This document shows, piece after piece, positions 9,015-18,557 of a DNA stretch of 64,000 bases; within the stretch, counting starts at the first letter, position 1, and the number at the start of each line of letters is the position of its first letter. A program made the position numbers and the translations under genes. The stretch lies in contig CAWDOY010000003.1 in assembly GCA_963803975.1 (NCBI GenBank), positions 288,001 to 352,000 on the forward strand, in the 5' to 3' direction. The DNA is from an uncultured delta proteobacterium. GTDB lineage: Bacteria; Desulfobacterota; WTBG01; CAIYCZ01. The notes beneath the pieces were generated by a model. That model saw nothing but the letters and a program-made list of their open reading frames with translations. It was not told the DNA's origin and did no database searches.

Positions 9015-11102
9015 TGTGGTAGTGCTATTGCCGCCGCCTCCGCCGCCTCCACCGCCTGAAGTTGAAGTCGTAGTTGTTGTCACCGGAGCAGCATTTATGG
9101 TAAATGCCCCAGTACAGGTTATTGTTTCAAGGTTAGTGGTTGCAATAACATCACAAGCTCCCAAAGGCGCATCCGAGGCAATGGTAATATTTGCAACAGT
9201 TTGGGTTATAGAATTTACTATTGGTGTGTCGTTGACCGTAATATAAGAGGTTGTGCCCGCGCACATAAATGACACAGCGGTTAATCCATCCGCAAAATTG
9301 GTGTCTACCCCGGTGATGGTCACTTCAAGATTGGTAGCTCCCTGAGCTCCGGATGCAGGAGCAACGCCCGCGCAGCTTGGCGCTACCGTTACTGTAACGG
9401 TATAATCTTGAGTTGAGGCATCTGCTGCGGTGACGGTATAAGTTACCGGACTTGTGAAATCTGAGCTACGCCACTTAACGGACTAACTGATTCTCCGGTG
9501 ATAGTAATGGTTGGCAAAGAGCAGTAAGATCGGTGCCATACGGAACGGTTACTGCGATAGTGTGAGCAACTTTCATACCGGTTGTGCCTCTTGAGAAGGA
9601 ATAGAAAATGCGGTGATATCCTTTGCAGAATTAAGCGCTACCGTTACTGTAACGGTATAATCTTTTGTTGAGGCATCCGCTGCGGTGACGGTATAAGTTA
9701 CCGGAGTTGTGAAATCTTGAGCTACGCCACTTAATGGACTTACACTCGCTCCGGTGTGAGTTATAGTTGGCACAAGATCAGTAACATGGTGCCATACGGC
9801 ATGGTTACTGCGATTGTATCAGCACTTTCATTGATTGTTGTTGTGCCTACTTGAGAAGGAATAGTAAATGCGGTGATAGCCTTTGCAGGATTAGGCGCTA
9901 CCGTTACCGTAACGGTATAAGTTTTTGTTGTAGTATCCTCTGCGGTGACGGTGTAAATTACTGGACTTGTAAAATTCTGTGCTACGCCACTTGCTGGACT
10001 TACACTCGCTGCTGGAGATACAGTTATAGTTGGCACAAGAGCAGTAACATTGGTTACATAAGGCATGGTTACTGCGATTGTACGAGCACCTTCATTGATT
10101 GTTGTTGTGCCTACTTGAGAAGGAATAGTAAATGCGGTGATATTATTTTCAGAAGAAGCATCTTCTATGGTAAATGCCCCCGGGCAGGTTACTATTTCAG
10201 TGCCCGTGGTTACCGTCACATCACGTGCTCCAAATGTTGCACCAGGCGCAATGGTGATATTGGCAACTGCTGTGGTTGGAGAACTTACGCTTGTGCTGTT
10301 GACCTTAATGTCGGTGCCGCTAAAGGAAGCAACGCTAACACCATTCACGAAATTGGTGTCTGTACCGGTAATCGTCACATCAAGGGTTGCCCCCTGTTTT
10401 GCCGTTGCAGGAGCAACACCATCGCAGCCCGGGGTTGTCACTAAGATATTATCAACTGCGATCGTATACGGCGGCGGTGTCCTAAAGTAAAGCAATCCGC
10501 GCTGATACCGCCACTCGCATAAGGAGCACGGGAGTCAAAATCATTGTCTGTCACGTTCGATCTCCAATCCATCATCGTAATAAACCTTGATTTGGTTTCC
10601 TGTGAAGGTCATCTTCAGCGTGTGCTGGCCTATGCCCACAGGAGGGAGGTCGACTTCATCCATCATACTTGTCATTAAATCAATGTCAGTCCAGCTTCGG
10701 AACTTCCACAATTTCAAAACACTTACAACTGGTTTTCCGCCCACTGAATCAGGCGGGTAGACCCACGCGCCATAGTGGGCGCCCGTGGCTGGGTTTACAC
10801 GACCGCCAATGCCCCCGCCGAACAACGAGTCAGCCGGAATCTGGATATCCCCTTCAACCGTGTAGTCAGTCCCATGTCGGTCATCGTAATAGGCATAAGA
10901 ATACGTGTTCGCGGTAACCCGATCCTTGCAGCACTCATCCCGCAGCCGTCCCACGTCCCCATCGATTCACCCAAGAGGAGTCCAGATCACCATTGCTAAA
11001 GGTATCCTAAATAAGGTCGTCGGCGTTTGCCGCAGGCAGCATGCAGAGACAGCCGATAAGTAAAACAGCGAGAAATAATTTTCCTGAATAGTTCTTAAAC
11101 AT
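8613..11102 (-). CDS. Exported modular surface protein B (heavily frameshifted): signal peptide, DUF1080/ConA-like domain, Ig module, 3 DUF5018-like repeats, Ig module, linker, tail identical to gene A
   Basis: Start MFKNYSGKLFLAVLLIGCLCMLPAANA, paralogous to gene A. ITAFTIPSQ..IAVTMPY..SVSP.SGVAQ.FT.PV.YTVTA.D repeats. Same C-terminus ..GSIPFIVSRF. Confidence 0.7.
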
Positions 11103-11151
11103 AACGTGGTTCCTCCTTTTAAATAAGTGACTATTAAATTTATATCTCTTA

Positions 11152-11288
11152 AGCCAATTGCAAAAGTATTCAAGAAAAGGGATTGCTTCGCTTCGCTCGC
11201 AAAGACAAATGGCTTCTTTGCGATCATTGCGAGGAGTGTAGCGACAAAGCAATCTCTCAATCTACTAAATTTGACTTTTGTAACTCTC
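11152..11288. mobile_element. MITE/REP-like element inserted in the leader of gene B
   Basis: Starts AGCCAATTGCAAAA; contains GATTGCTTCGCTTCGCTCGCAA and CATTGCGAGGAG..GCGAC.AAGCAATCTC. Related to 36362-36513; absent from the equivalent leader of gene A. Confidence 0.75.
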
Positions 11289-11401
11289 ATATAAAAAATA
11301 TCTACCAAATTAGAGCAGGTAAAGTGGAGCAAGTCAAGTTTTTGTATCACAAAACTTACCTGAAAAAGGAATTGTACGGCCGCAAGTGCCTTATCGCTTT
11401 G

Positions 11402-14400
11402 CTACTCGATAACCAGATTTCCGGTACATATCTCATTTCCCGTTGTCACCGTCACGGCCTTGTTGCCAGCCGGCAGCCGCATCTTCGATGGCACCAGCGC
11501 CAGCACCCGGATCTCGCTCTTGTTCCGTGACAGAGGGATAATGGTGGTGATGCCCTGAATCTTCACGGCACTGGTGCTGTCCCAGTTGGAGTTTGTGCCT
11601 GAGATGGTAAAGATATTGATCCGCGGCATTATGACGCCGTTGCGGAACGTGCCCGGGCTCACGATCAAGGTACAGGGGGGCTTTGCATTAACCGTAAATG
11701 CGTTTTCACAAATGATGTTTGTAGTGCCTGTTCCATTGGTCACGGTTATATTTCCCGTGCACTGCGGCGCATCTGCAGCAGCCGTGATGTTCACGGTTAT
11801 CCGGGTGGCACTATTCACGGTTACGCTGTTTATTGTTATACCCGTGCACCCGAAAGTTACATTAACGCCGCTCACCTGGGTCAAGTCAATATTTTGTACT
11901 GCTACGGTTACATCAACCGTGACACCGGCATCAACTGCAGAAGGTGCAACGCTCACGCACTCAGGCGGTAGCGGCAGGGGGATACTGGTCGTGGTGGTTG
12001 TTGTAATAATCGATGTAGTTGCTGCTGATGTCGTCGAACTGGTGGTGTTTGCACCGCCACCACCGTGACCACCGCCTGAGGTTGAAGTCGTAGTAGATGA
12101 TGTGCTTGAGGTAGTTGGCAGTACCGATGTAGTAGTTGTTGTCGGCAGCTCTGTCGTGGTTGTAGTCGTTGGCTGAACCGTGGTTGTGGTTGTCACCTGA
12201 GCAGCAGTTTTCGTAAAGGCCGCAGTGCAGATTACTATTTCAGCTCCCGTGGTTACCGTCACATCGCATGCTCCCAAAGGCGCATCAGCGGCAATGGTAA
12301 TATTTGCAATAACTTCTGTTGAAGAAGTAACCGTTATGCTGTTGACTGTAATACCTGTACAGAAAGACGCAATTGAAGCGAGTGTGAAATTGGTGTCTGT
12401 ACCGGTGATGGTCACATCAAGGGTTGCTCCCTGATCTGCCGATAAAGGAGCAACGCCCGCGCAGCCGGGTGACGGTATGGTAGTTGTTGTCTCAACCGTC
12501 GTGGTTGTGGTTGTCGGCTGAACCGAAGAAGTCGTGGTTGTGGGCAGAACCGAAGTAGTTGTGGTTGTCGGCTGAACCGTAGTAGTCGTGGTCGTCGACA
12601 CGGGATAATTGATTGTGTACTGAACTTCCGCGCTGGAAGGTGAAGCGCCGACTCGAACCCTTATCGCGTTCCCGACCGTGCGGTATTCCGCGGGGTCAGC
12701 TGGTGCATCATTTATTAAAACCTGGAGATTGCTGGCGTTGCCATTGGGAACGACTACTTCAATGGCAGTATCAGGGTCAGTGGCCCCGGTGATCGTGGCT
12801 TGTGCACTGACGGTATCGCCGATCACGCTATACGATGGCGTAACAACAGCAGGAGACCGCACCTGCCACCAGTCAGCTATTTCCACTGCATTGGATGACC
12901 ACATCCGGGGTTTAGCGACACAATACTCAGCATATTCACCTATCAGGGTGCCAGCGTTCGAGACTTTATGACTGTAAAGATTGATCATGGCACCGAGATT
13001 ATAATAGAAATCAACTGCTGCCTTCATCGAATCCGTTGTGTGACCCCATTCAATGGCACCGGGGATCTCAGTGCCAACATACCATTCGCTCGCCGGAAGC
13101 GAAACCTGCGCATAACGCTTGCCCGGTGTTTCGTATGATATGGTCATGTGTGGAAAGGGGCCGATTTTTTGTTCACCCCTGCTCGAGGCCACTGCACCCA
13201 GTTCTTCCAGAATTTGGTATGAACCTTCCCGCGTCGAGTTAAAGTACGGAGAAGCCCAGAGACGGGGGCAGTTGCCTGCCGAACCGCATCCGTCCCGGCC
13301 ATTGTCCACTCCTGCCAGCCATCCTTCTATATCCTGAAAGGAAACCAGAATAGATGCTGAAGCATATGCTTTGCCGCTGGGATAGCCCGGCGGAGTCACG
13401 TCCAGTGCCTCGTCCGGTCCCCAGTGCCAGTAATCGAAGGAATTCATAGACAGAGCGTCATTCACCGGATTCTTTAAACCGCCATTATGTGATCCAATCG
13501 TTGCCCCGTAGTTTGTGACAGCGCTCCGCAGACTCGCAATGACCGTGCTTTGGTCAATAAGCATTTCATCTCTGAGAGTGCCCGTACAGAAGAAGTAATC
13601 GCCCTTTACACCGAGGTCGTGTTCGTAAAAAGCGGAACTCTCGATGGATCGGATCGAATCTTGGTAGTTCTCAAAGTCATGCCGGACGATAAAAGCCGCA
13701 TCATATCCGTATGGCCACGGACTGAGCTTAATGATCGGAATATTAGCAGCCTCGAAAGCCCACTCAATTGCATTACGGTAAATAAGATATGCATACATGG
13801 ACGGGTCATAAACCCCGTGCCCGATAAGCGGCTGCGCTTCGCCATCGTAGATGAAATTGCCAGTGCCGTATGGCCTGGTCGCAAGCAGCGGACCTTGATT
13901 GCCATTGGCAATGACAGTAGTGCCGCTGTCGGCAGCAACCTGGAACACGTAGTGCTGCCCGTGAACGGAGTGGCTGGGCGATACACCCAGAGGAAATCTC
14001 GTCTGAGCTGATGGGCATGCGCCAGGATAATGTACCTGTCGGGATATGGGCGACCAGACGGTGATTAGCAACCTTGCTGAACGCCATGTTTAAGCCCCAG
14101 TTTTCAAGGGAAGAAGCATGCACCATGTGCAATCCAAGCTCATTAGCCAGAGCAAAATCCCCTCTCGTGGTACCGTCAGGGTTACGCGTAAATGCCGATG
14201 AGCCGACGAACAGGAACCCGCCCGCAGCCACGTAATTACGCAGCGGGGCAATCTCGTTAGTAGCGATCGCTTCCGAGGCAAGGCTGATCAGTATCGGGTA
14301 TCTGGGTAACCCATCGGGGAACTGGAGACTTCCAGCTGCAATATCAGCATCGCTCACCTCAACAAATGGTGTGCCATCTGAGCGAAGCGCCTCTTTTAAT

Positions 14401-14672
14401 GATTCAGGCAGTACAAAATAATGCCACGAAGTCCACCATCCATTATGTGTCGTGTCTAAAGCTTGGGTCAGTTCAGAAACGTGGATGGCAACCACGGGCT
14501 CGGGGGGCTGCGCGATCGCCTGGAACGGTATAGCGAGATGAACTGTGAAAATACAGCTCAACGCCACTGCCAATAGAACAATGCTTTTCAGCAGCATGTG
14601 AGATCGAACGTGCTTGCTCGACCGGCTATTAACAGCTGCCTTTGATCTGCAGCCTATTACTCTCGTTTTCAT
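11402..14672 (-). CDS. Large exported protein C (frameshift near 14000): signal peptide, polysaccharide deacetylase-like domain, Thr-rich linkers, 2 Cys-stapled Ig modules, IMPRI tail
   Basis: Joins 13806-14726 and 11402-14071. FIVRHDFE..GDYFF..IGSHNGG resemble NodB/CE4 motifs; same Ig module as genes A and B. Confidence 0.65.
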
Positions 14673-14873
14673 TATAACTTCTGCATTTTTCAGGTTATAG
14701 GGCCGACGGTCCACATGAACTAACATATGTTTGAAGAGTTTTGCAATTGGCTCAGATTCATATATACATTTTTAGTTGCGGTTAGATGTAAGTATACTAT
14801 ATATATTAATATAATTCAATAACAATAATTCATATTTTGAAAAAAATGAACGGTTTCAACCCCGTTCCCCTCT

Positions 14874-14949
14874 CTTGCGACAGATTTTTTATTTACACAA
14901 AATCACCCCAAGCCTATGCTTAGCCCATCTAAAAGCAAGTTCTTATTAA
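14874..14949 (+). repeat. Dispersed promoter-bearing repeat copy 2
   Basis: 11 mismatches in 76 bp, ungapped, versus 998-1073; -35 box changed to TTTACA. Confidence 0.85.
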
Positions 14950-14963
14950 CTAACGTACTTTAC

Positions 14964-17072
14964 TTAATTATTCAATGCTCCTTCCAGAATCCACGCTCGT
15001 TGTTTACCAGCTATTTCTTGATCAAACCCCATTTGACCAACATTTTCCGGATGATTTATCGGTGGGCTGGTTACCTGCACTATCTTGCTGTTGTCTGGAT
15101 CTCCGGGAATCACCACCGTTCCATTGATGCTTCCTTTCATCACCCCTTCATAACTCATCAGATCGAGTCCAGCGGATGCCGATTGGCCTTGATGACAGTT
15201 ATTGCACATAGTTTGATAGTAAGGAAGCATTTCGCAGGAGAATGAAACGGTAGTACTCGGCATATAGGGCGCCTTGATATTCGTACTTGTTTGCCCAAGG
15301 AGCCCGTCGTTATCTACCACGGTCAGCGAGACGGTGTAATTTCCCGGACAGGTGTAGGTGTGGGTGGGGTTCTGTTCCTCGCTGTTTGCACCGTCACCAA
15401 AATCCCACAAGTACAGTGAAATAGTCCCGTCCTGGTCTGTTGCACTGCCGGTAAATTTCACTTCAAGCGGGGTCTGTGTGCCCACTGCATCTGCGGTAAT
15501 GGCGGCAACCGGCGGCTTAAGCCTGCCGGTAATTTCATCCAGAGTTTTTATTAACAGTTTAGCCGGAGCATATGCGTTACCCTGCACATCACAATCCTTT
15601 ACCCAGTCGTTCCATGACGCTCCTCCAGAACATCCATCCATGCGCGGGATAACCTGGTTTGCCATGACAAAACGGGCCGCAGTATATTGCTTTTTTTCAA
15701 TGAGCTGATTTACCTCCAGTACCCAATTGGAAAGAATGCGTTTCAGCACGTTGAGTTTAAATAGAAAAGCAGAATCCGGCAAATCCTCAATCGCGTTCTG
15801 CAGCCCGCTTGCCTGAGAGCTGACAGACGGGGTAAAGATTTCTGCAATAGTAGCGAATTTACCAATCGAATACCCACCAATAATTATAGGTCTTCCATCT
15901 TTAAGAATCAGGGGATATGCAGGTGTTCGTTGAAACGCTATCGAGTCGGCGAATACAAAATCATTGGTATCCGGTCTAAAAAGAAACGTGGATGTCGAGA
16001 TTTGAGATTTACCATTCAGCCCTATAGGGGACATGACTGTTCCATCGAGCAGCCGCACGCTCAGAATATCAGTCTGGCCATGGGCTGGCCCCGTAATCTT
16101 AGTAAAGCTGTTTGTCTTGGGGTCATATATATCAGCGGCATTGCTAACAGTAGCGGGGGATGTGCTGTCGTCGAAGGAACCGGCAAGAATAACTCTGCCA
16201 TCCCGTAAAACCGATGCGCATGCGTTACATCCCATTGGAGCATGCGTTTCGCCTACGAAGGTAAACGTTTCGGTTATTGGATCAAAGCGATCGACTTTCG
16301 TGTTAGTATTTTTCAATCCGGGGCCTCGACTTCCACCAACCACAAGAACTGTTCCATCAAGGAGCTTGACGATATTATGGTACTGGCGGGGAACACTCAT
16401 TTTTGACTTCAGCAGCTTAAAGGTTCCGGTAGCAGGGTCATACAGTTCTGCAGTATCGTAAGCCATGGACCCAGCGCCACCAGCGTTGTTTCCTCCCCCG
16501 GCTATCAAAACCCTGCCGTCGTCTAAAAGAATTGCCATGAACATATTGCGAGGCACTTTCATAGACCCGGTAGGAGTAAAAGTGTTCGTTTTAGGATCAA
16601 AAATCTCAGCGCTATCATGGACCTTTGCTCCGGGAGCATTAGGGTTGTCGAAATTGCGACCACCCGCAATAAGCACTCTTCCATCGCGCATTGTTACAAT
16701 GGTATAAATGCTCCGTCTTGCCTCGGACATGGTAGCAGGGACCTTGGTAAAACTTCGTGTTGCAGGGTCAAATATTTCAGCTGTATTAAGAATTGTTAAT
16801 TCTTTGCCAGAAGCACCACCCACAATTAAAACCCTCCCGTCTTTAAGCACAGCTTGACCGTGTTGAATGCGCCCTGCTGTCATTGGGCCTGTGGGTGACC
16901 AGGTGCCTCGTTCACACCCGAAGTCCACTCCTTTTAGTGAATCCGGTGTATGGCACTGATAGCATGCTTCCGGATTCCTGCAATTACCTGCGCCAGTGAT
17001 AGAATAGCCAGGTGTTACACAACATATAATCAACACTGCTGCTGCTAAAACGATTATCCACTTTCCCTTCAT
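14964..17072 (-). CDS. Exported two-haem protein: CxxCH, Kelch beta-propeller, helical domain, PKD, planctomycete-type cytochrome c domain
   Basis: Signal peptide; CYQCH; repeated DGRVLIAGG..AEIFDP; WDFGDG..NPTHTY..YTVSLTV; CNNCH..GLDL.SY..VVIPGDPDNS..WILEGA. AGGGAG RBS. Confidence 0.85.
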   Translation of the reverse strand: MKGKWIIVLAAAVLIICCVTPGYSITGAGNCRNPEACYQCHTPDSLKGVDFGCERGTWSPTGPMTAGRIQHGQAVLKDGRVLIVGGASGKELTILNTAEIFDPATRSFTKVPATMSEARRSIYTIVTMRDGRVLIAGGRNFDNPNAPGAKVHDSAEIFDPKTNTFTPTGSMKVPRNMFMAILLDDGRVLIAGGGNNAGGAGSMAYDTAELYDPATGTFKLLKSKMSVPRQYHNIVKLLDGTVLVVGGSRGPGLKNTNTKVDRFDPITETFTFVGETHAPMGCNACASVLRDGRVILAGSFDDSTSPATVSNAADIYDPKTNSFTKITGPAHGQTDILSVRLLDGTVMSPIGLNGKSQISTSTFLFRPDTNDFVFADSIAFQRTPAYPLILKDGRPIIIGGYSIGKFATIAEIFTPSVSSQASGLQNAIEDLPDSAFLFKLNVLKRILSNWVLEVNQLIEKKQYTAARFVMANQVIPRMDGCSGGASWNDWVKDCDVQGNAYAPAKLLIKTLDEITGRLKPPVAAITADAVGTQTPLEVKFTGSATDQDGTISLYLWDFGDGANSEEQNPTHTYTCPGNYTVSLTVVDNDGLLGQTSTNIKAPYMPSTTVSFSCEMLPYYQTMCNNCHQGQSASAGLDLMSYEGVMKGSINGTVVIPGDPDNSKIVQVTSPPINHPENVGQMGFDQEIAGKQRAWILEGALNN

Positions 17073-17138
17073 GGTTGTCTCCCTTGCATGTTTGTTTAAT
17101 AAAAATGTCCTCAACCACCCATCCCCTAAGCGACAAAT

Positions 17139-17241
17139 AAAAAACCTCCACCAGCAAACAGGCTGATAGAGGTTCAGATTTTCAGCTAATCGATATCGGA
17201 TATTATGTCATTCCTGAATTTACACATTGGATACCCCTCTT
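17139..17241 (-). promoter_or_regulatory. Candidate attenuator leader: RBS, uORF MCKFRNDIISDID* (17227-17186), 13-bp terminator hairpin + T-run
   Basis: Minus strand AAGAGGGG..ATG..TAG..AACCTCTATCAGC-CTGTTT-GCTGGTGGAGGTT-TTTT, about 65 bp before the gene start. Confidence 0.65.
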
Positions 17242-17416
17242 GCAGCGAAAAAAAGTATATTGCCATACGAAATAAAATGTCAATGAGAATGTTTACAAAA
17301 ATCTGTAATTTGACTTGCTCAGAAAAAGTTGATAAAGGATATACTCAGTGACTATTAATTAAATTTAAGTGCCACGGACATAAACCCGTGGATATCTACT
17401 GTCGCAAAAAGATGAT

Positions 17417-18499
17417 GTGAAAAAGATTTTAATCCTGTTACTGATTTCAGGCTTTCCGTTTTATTCCGCCCGGGCATTCGAGTCCGTGCTTGAGCCGGGT
17501 CCTTACCAGGCAGGGCACCAGACCTGGATGCTTGAGGACACCAGCCGGGGTGTTGCGCCCTATAATAACAGCAAGGGCTCGGACACCCGGAAGCTGGTCA
17601 CCGAGATATGGTATCCGTCCGATGATGTCAGCTGGACCATTTCAGGCAGGAACGCGCCGCTAACCGCATCGCCCGGGCCTTTCCCGCTGATAGTTTACAG
17701 CCACGGTATTTTGTCGGAAAGGATGGAGACTGTATATCTGGCACGCTACCTTGCCACTCAGGGGGTTGTGTTCATGTCGTTTACCGCACCCGCAACCAGC
17801 CTGTACAATGCCGGAAATCTGAACTATGGGGATATTGTCAACCTTCCCGGTGATGTCAGCTTTTTGATTGACGAAATACTCAAGCGCAACGCGGACCCCT
17901 CCAGCCCTTTTTATGCAAAGATTGACGAGGCATGCATCGGAGCCGCAGGCACATCGCTGGGAGCCGGCGTGAGCCTGATGGCCGGATTCAAATCGGGCCT
18001 GCGGGACCCGCGCCTGTCGCTGGTGGTTACCTTTGCTGCCGGCGCACGTGAGGACCCGGCGCAGACCATCTTTGACAGCCCGGATATTGCCGTTCCCCTG
18101 CTGCTCATTCACGGCGATATCGACGCCATTATCCCCTATGATGAAAATGCGCCCGTGCTGCTCAGTGCCGCCCCCGGTCCGGCATATCTGCTGACCCTGA
18201 TTGGGGGGACTCACACCGGGTTTGCGCATGTGTCCACGCTGTTCTTTCTGACCGATAATGTGGACAATGTCGGATGCGCTGCCCTGTCAATGGCGGGGCT
18301 GGATCTGTGCGATTTGCCCCTGCCAGCCGGGATGGATCCGCAGCGGCAGCATGATCTTACGGCAATGGCAACCTGGAACTTTATTGCCATGCATTTCTCC
18401 GGGGATTTGAAAAAGCGCGCTCAGGCGGCTGAATTTTTACTGAACACCATGCCGGAGAAGTACGGTGAGGAGATTGCGATTCAGTCAAACGGGAAGTGA
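17417..18499 (+). CDS. Exported alpha/beta hydrolase (PAF-AH/chlorophyllase/dienelactone hydrolase-like)
   Basis: Signal peptide; EIWYP; PFPLIVYSHG; nucleophile GTSLG; HGDID; GGTHTGF. Confidence 0.85.
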   Translation: MKKILILLLISGFPFYSARAFESVLEPGPYQAGHQTWMLEDTSRGVAPYNNSKGSDTRKLVTEIWYPSDDVSWTISGRNAPLTASPGPFPLIVYSHGILSERMETVYLARYLATQGVVFMSFTAPATSLYNAGNLNYGDIVNLPGDVSFLIDEILKRNADPSSPFYAKIDEACIGAAGTSLGAGVSLMAGFKSGLRDPRLSLVVTFAAGAREDPAQTIFDSPDIAVPLLLIHGDIDAIIPYDENAPVLLSAAPGPAYLLTLIGGTHTGFAHVSTLFFLTDNVDNVGCAALSMAGLDLCDLPLPAGMDPQRQHDLTAMATWNFIAMHFSGDLKKRAQAAEFLLNTMPEKYGEEIAIQSNGK

Positions 18500-18557
18500 T
18501 AAATAAGTGCGTTTGATTGCACAGCCGTTCAACAAACAATTTTCCCAAGGAGGCAGT

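Noticed and set aside
11007..11530. ORFs spanning the MITE (also 34116-34476, 36419-36697, 52970-53248)
   Set aside because: Spurious translations of palindromic non-coding elements.
6617..12434. Val/Pro-rich plus-strand ORFs (and 3413-3880 minus)
   Set aside because: Antisense shadows of the Thr/Gly-rich coding regions.
17139..17241. Known riboswitch (c-di-GMP, cobalamin, SAM, Moco/Wco)
   Set aside because: I could not find their consensus motifs; kept only as an unknown attenuator candidate.
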